NCBI RefSeq assembly: GCF_009914755.1
Contig: NC_060925.1
DNA from: the human T2T-CHM13v2.0 reference genome, Homo sapiens
Strand: one strand, 5' to 3'
Length of the DNA: 64,000 nucleotides
Below are positions 59,479 to 64,000 of this stretch, one piece after another. Under the pieces are notes generated by a model. The model saw only the letters and a program-made list of their open reading frames with translations. It did not search any database and was not told where the DNA came from. Every line of letters begins with the position of its first letter. Positions within the stretch are counted from its first letter, which is position 1. The position numbers were made by a program, and so were the translations under genes.

Positions 59479-60904
59479 GCCTCTCTAACGTGATTCAGAT
59501 ACCCAGGTGGTGGACAATTCATCCTGAGACATTAGGAGTCTATTTTATAATCATATCATGACAATAATTGCAACGGATGGGTAGTTTGGGGGTGATTATT
59601 TTGTCAAAATTAAGGCATTTCTTACAAACAGCACACAAGCTTAACATGCTGGTTTCTGCAGAAATCAAAGCAGCTCAGTCTTCACTGTGCCTTCAACACT
59701 AATCCGGCAAGCATTTAAAGCTGTGTTCCCTCTGGCTTGCTCAGCCATCCAGTAGAGCCCTGGTGCAGCTGCTAGCCTCGGTGCCACGGCCTAGATCAGG
59801 TTACTCCTGCCTTCTTCTCTAACTTGCCTCTCTCCCAAGAAGTACTTTGATTTAAATATTCTATTACTGATCTCCCAGGCACTCTCTGACCCCCATCTGT
59901 CTTTGAGGCAATTCCAAATCTCCGTGCTTACGTGGACGTGTCTTCAAGAGCATCTCATAGACAGACGCACATTGTTCTTTTGCTGTTCCAAATTACAATG
60001 TTCCAAATTACGAAAAAAAAATCTGTGCTTTAGTGAAAGTCCTTCAATATTTACACGCAGCAAAAAATGGAATTTGGATGTCGCCAGGTTAAAAATTGCA
60101 TTTCTAAGTGACTTTTCTGAGCATATGAAGAGATGGCTTAAGGGCACTGGCTGGAGAGAAACTTGAACCTCTAGGATGGGGTCAGTTATCTTGTTACCTT
60201 TTAACCCTATTAGCTGATGTTCTACCAGCTAAGCAATACTTACCAACAGCAATCTTCAAAGCCCAGACTAGTGAGATGGCTGAGAAGTAAAGGAAGAGAA
60301 ACAGAAAGAGCTCATGAGCAGGAAAAAAGAATTAAGTCCATTTCCAGCACAGGGTACGTTGTCAATGTCAGTAATTTGTATCCCTGACATGTTGATTAAT
60401 CCTTTTCTAGATCTGGTGGTATGTTTTCTACTTATCTCAGCAGCCCAGATATAAAATGCCATTAATTCTTATTAAAGAAAGGAAATTTAATCTTGATAGA
60501 TTTTACAAGATGCACAGCTGTTGATCATCATGTATCACTCTGTATTTGTAACTTGAAACTATTTATAGGACTCACTGGGAGTCTTTAAAATAATACTGCA
60601 TAAAGATAATTAGGGCAATTTTCTATCATTAAAGTAGATTAGTATTAATTTTAGTGTCTTTGCTTTTGAACCAACTTCTTAGTGTGTACTCAGATTTTAC
60701 AAAAATACCTTGTTTAAGGACAATCAAAGAGGACAGGAAGAAAATAAAAACATTTTATAATCTGCTTCTCTGCTGACAGGAGAAAACATTTTGAATGTAT
60801 GTGTTAGTGTGTTTATAAGAGGTCTGAGGAAGGAGAGGGACAAGGGAGGTACGTAGGTGAGACAGAAAAGGAAGAAGGAAGAAAGAATTTAGCTGAAACA
60901 AATT

Positions 60905-61110
60905 CTCATTTATTCAATGTGTATTACACAGCTAAACTATAATGTTCATGATCTCTAATCTCTACCACAGTACACAAATGTGGTACTGTTATCCCTACTT
61001 CGTATATAAGCACACAAAGTCTCTAATTACTTGTCTAAGGTCAAACAGCCATGGTGAATACAAAACTCAAATCCAAGTGTCGTATTTCTATCTTTGTTTA
61101 TTCCACCACG
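60905..61110 (-). mobile_element. Degenerate MIR
   Basis: GGTACTGTTATCCCTACTT...TAATTACTTGTCTAAGGTCAAACAGC...ACTCAAATCCAAG. Confidence 0.6.
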
Positions 61111-61284
61111 CAGTATGTAAAATTACAAAACAAACAAATAAAAAATGTAATGGCCTCATGGTTGTGTCCTGGTTTTTTAACACCAGAGGAAAATGAAATT
61201 ATAGAAAGAAAATAAAAAAGGATTAAATAGAAAATCCAGATAATAATTTTCAGAGATACAGAAAATTTGGGTTAAAAAACACAA

Positions 61285-61440
61285 TACTTATAATAGATAA
61301 TCCTCAAAGCTAAGCTATGTGCCCGGCACTGTGCTGACATCTTGACACACATTCTCTCATTTAACTCTCACAATAAAGAATAGTAAACTTCTTATTCCTC
61401 TGTTATATTTGAAAAGACAGAGGGTCACAGAAGTTTGAGC
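61285..61440 (-). mobile_element. MIR fragment
   Basis: CTATGTGCCCGGCACTGTGCT...TCTCATTTAACTCTCACAA. Confidence 0.7.
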
Positions 61441-64000
61441 TCCATTTAAATATCTATTTGAGTATCAAATTTTACTCTGAGAGATACAGTTGCCTTTTAA
61501 ATAATGAAATTTCTTATGGGACTTTGACTTTTCGTTTTTTACTATGCCTCAGAGACAAGTTCAAGGGACTTTGACATTTCTGGGTTTGGATTTTACTATG
61601 TGAATTTCATGAAGCAGAGGCTCAATAATGTTTATTACATTAGTCCATTTGAAACCCCAAATGGCCGTGATTCTCACCAGCCAGTCACTCATTATTCACC
61701 TGTCTCCAAACCCTAATATTTTAGAAACATTATTGGCCACAAGGAGAAAGTTGTATCTGGGTTGAAAAAAATGTATATGTATTTTAGGAATGGTAGGTAC
61801 TGTTTTCTGTGGATAAACCCATAAGCCACAAAACAACTGCAATCGAATTATGTAATTACCTAAGTAATTAGTACCATGCCCATTCTCACTGTGCTCGGTG
61901 AGTGGCTGAGACGAATCTGCACTTGAAAATGTTTCTCACCGGCCCCTCCAGTGCAGGTCCAAGCACTCTGGCTTCTCAGTTGCAGCCGTACCAAGGCCTT
62001 GCCAGGGAAATGATGAACAGCCTGCCTGCTGGGGTTTTATGACTTTCTAGCCTTAGAACAGTCCTTTATATCCGAGTAGAGCTTCAGATTTAGCATCCAG
62101 CTTTGCCAAAGCCACATCAAGGAGACTCGCTTAACCTGAGTGGTTTTCCATCTCTGTCTCCTACATCCCCGAGAAAGGGCTCTCAGGGCTTTCTTGAAAG
62201 GAGCACTTGATGAGTCCCTGTGTTCAGCAGCCAGAGTCGCCCTAAGGTGGAACACGATCAAAACTGTTTGGATTGTATTTGCTTTATTATCTGACCATTT
62301 CTGATGCTCACACGAACCTTCTAGCCTTCATTCAGTAGGTCTATAAAGGGCTTGGGAAGGAATTTTCCTGCAGGATTTCCTGGTGAGGCTGGGAAGACAC
62401 ATGGATGAGCTCTCAGGAAGTTTGGACCCAATGATGTCATTAAAATCCATCTTGTGCCTTCTTGATTGACTCATTTGAACCAGTGGATAGGCTTTTTTTT
62501 TTTTTTTTTTTAGCTGCCTATGATTATTTTTTTTTTTCTTATAAAGTTTGTTAAACTGGTGATTGTATATTTGCATCAAAGAATTTAGGAAATGACAACA
62601 GGGAATGGAAAGTTGGAACCATTTGAATGAACATAGAGGATAACAGCTCATTTAACAAAATCTCGGTCTTCCCATGTTGTCATTCTCATGACCCCAGCTA
62701 AAGAACCATCTTATTGTGAAATGACTTCCCAGAAGAATAACCTATGTGGGCATCTACCTTCCAGCAAGCTAATATAAATACATATCTGACGTATCTGTTA
62801 TACAATATGACAAGTAAAGAGATATGTCAGATGAATAAAAAAAAAGAACAGAAACAACTTAAGTTTGCTCAGAACCCTCTTAATCATGAAATTCCAAGAT
62901 TATCAGAAAGTCCTATAAATACATTTTTAATGATTTTTTTTAAAAAAATGGTAATGGGGTGAGCATATTAGTGCTATAAGTTGCCCTAAATTTTCTGAGA
63001 GAAGATGCTTTGCTATTACACTCCCAAGCAATGTCTGCGTATCCTTAATCCCTTTAGATTCCCAGGTTTATTTCATATAGTCTAGGACATTGACATTTAT
63101 CATTGCTGCTTGAATAAGAATGACTTATTTAATAAGCAAACACAGAGGCAGCCCTTACTTTCACCACTTGAGGACTTTGAAAAGATATTCTTGGGACACC
63201 GGTTATCCTGAAATTCTGGTTAACATTTCAGCTCTATGTAGGAAATATTGGACTTGAAGTCAGAAGACTAGGGTTCTAGTCTCAGATACTCATTGACCAT
63301 TTGACAACCTCATTGGGCACCCGGTTTTTCAAGAAAAGGTAGTACCTCAACATTCCCTAAAACATCAGTCTCTAAATGCTAGTTTCGTGGAACAATAAGG
63401 AGTTCTATAACCATATGAATTAAGTCAACCAGGGTTAAAAAGAGCCACAGAAGCCCCTTTTCTGGAAGACTTAAATGTGACTAATGTGATATGTGAGTCT
63501 CTAAAAGAGAGTTATAATGTGCAGATTTCCTGAATTCTCAGACAATGGAAACTGTGGAGAAGTATCTCACTGGACTAGCATTACAAGCAAGGGACATATT
63601 TTGGAACCTGCCAGACAAGCTGATTTCTAAAAGCCTTTACTGCTTTAAATTCTCTCATCATTTTTGGTTCGCACACAAAAAACCAAGCTATTCTCCAGAT
63701 ACTTTCTACACACCTAGCTCTCAACATTCCTCTCTAAAATATATGACTCTGTTTACTAGTGTAAGGATCAAAAGGATCACATGTGGCTTCCATGAAAAGA
63801 AAGGTATCTTAAAATTGTTGTGCATAAAATATACAATTCAAAGGAATTACATAGAGTTATAAATAATAGTTATCATCACTAACCACTCTAAACTAGGACC
63901 ATCGCAAATGAAACCATTCTTTTAGAAAATAAAAAGATCAATGGTCCATAAGGCGATGCAATGATAAACCACCAAAAAGTCCTGAGATTCTTTCTATGCT

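Overview
Primate, almost certainly human, genomic DNA from the FMN2/GREM2 locus (1q43; the location is from recall). The + strand carries the last two coding exons of FMN2 (5629-5710 and 7387-7413), encoding the C-terminal Spire-binding tail, followed by a ~1 kb 3'UTR ending near 8445. The - strand carries the single coding exon of GREM2 (CDS 26736->26230, 168 aa DAN-family BMP antagonist), its ~3.4 kb 3'UTR, and 37 kb of its large upstream intron; the 5' exon lies beyond the window. The genes converge across ~14 kb of mostly transposon DNA: L2, old L1, Alus, and an LTR16/ERVL proviral remnant with a nested MER50-like solo LTR. About 30 Alus plus MIR, L2, L3, L1M, MaLR LTRs and MER DNA transposons are recognisable. 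Subfamily names are from memory of consensus sequences and boundaries of old repeats are approximate. Except for GREM2, the ORF track is essentially Alu/repeat noise. I cannot support a genuinely new biological system here. The best leads are: (1) an isolated ~70-bp MER41-like LTR R-region fragment whose antisense AATAAA appears to be GREM2's distal poly(A) signal; (2) a GATA-rich MER50-like LTR pointing at the GREM2 3' end; (3) ways to remove the FMN2 Spire-binding tail by exon skipping or intronic polyadenylation; (4) an exon-like unit antisense to the GREM2 intron.
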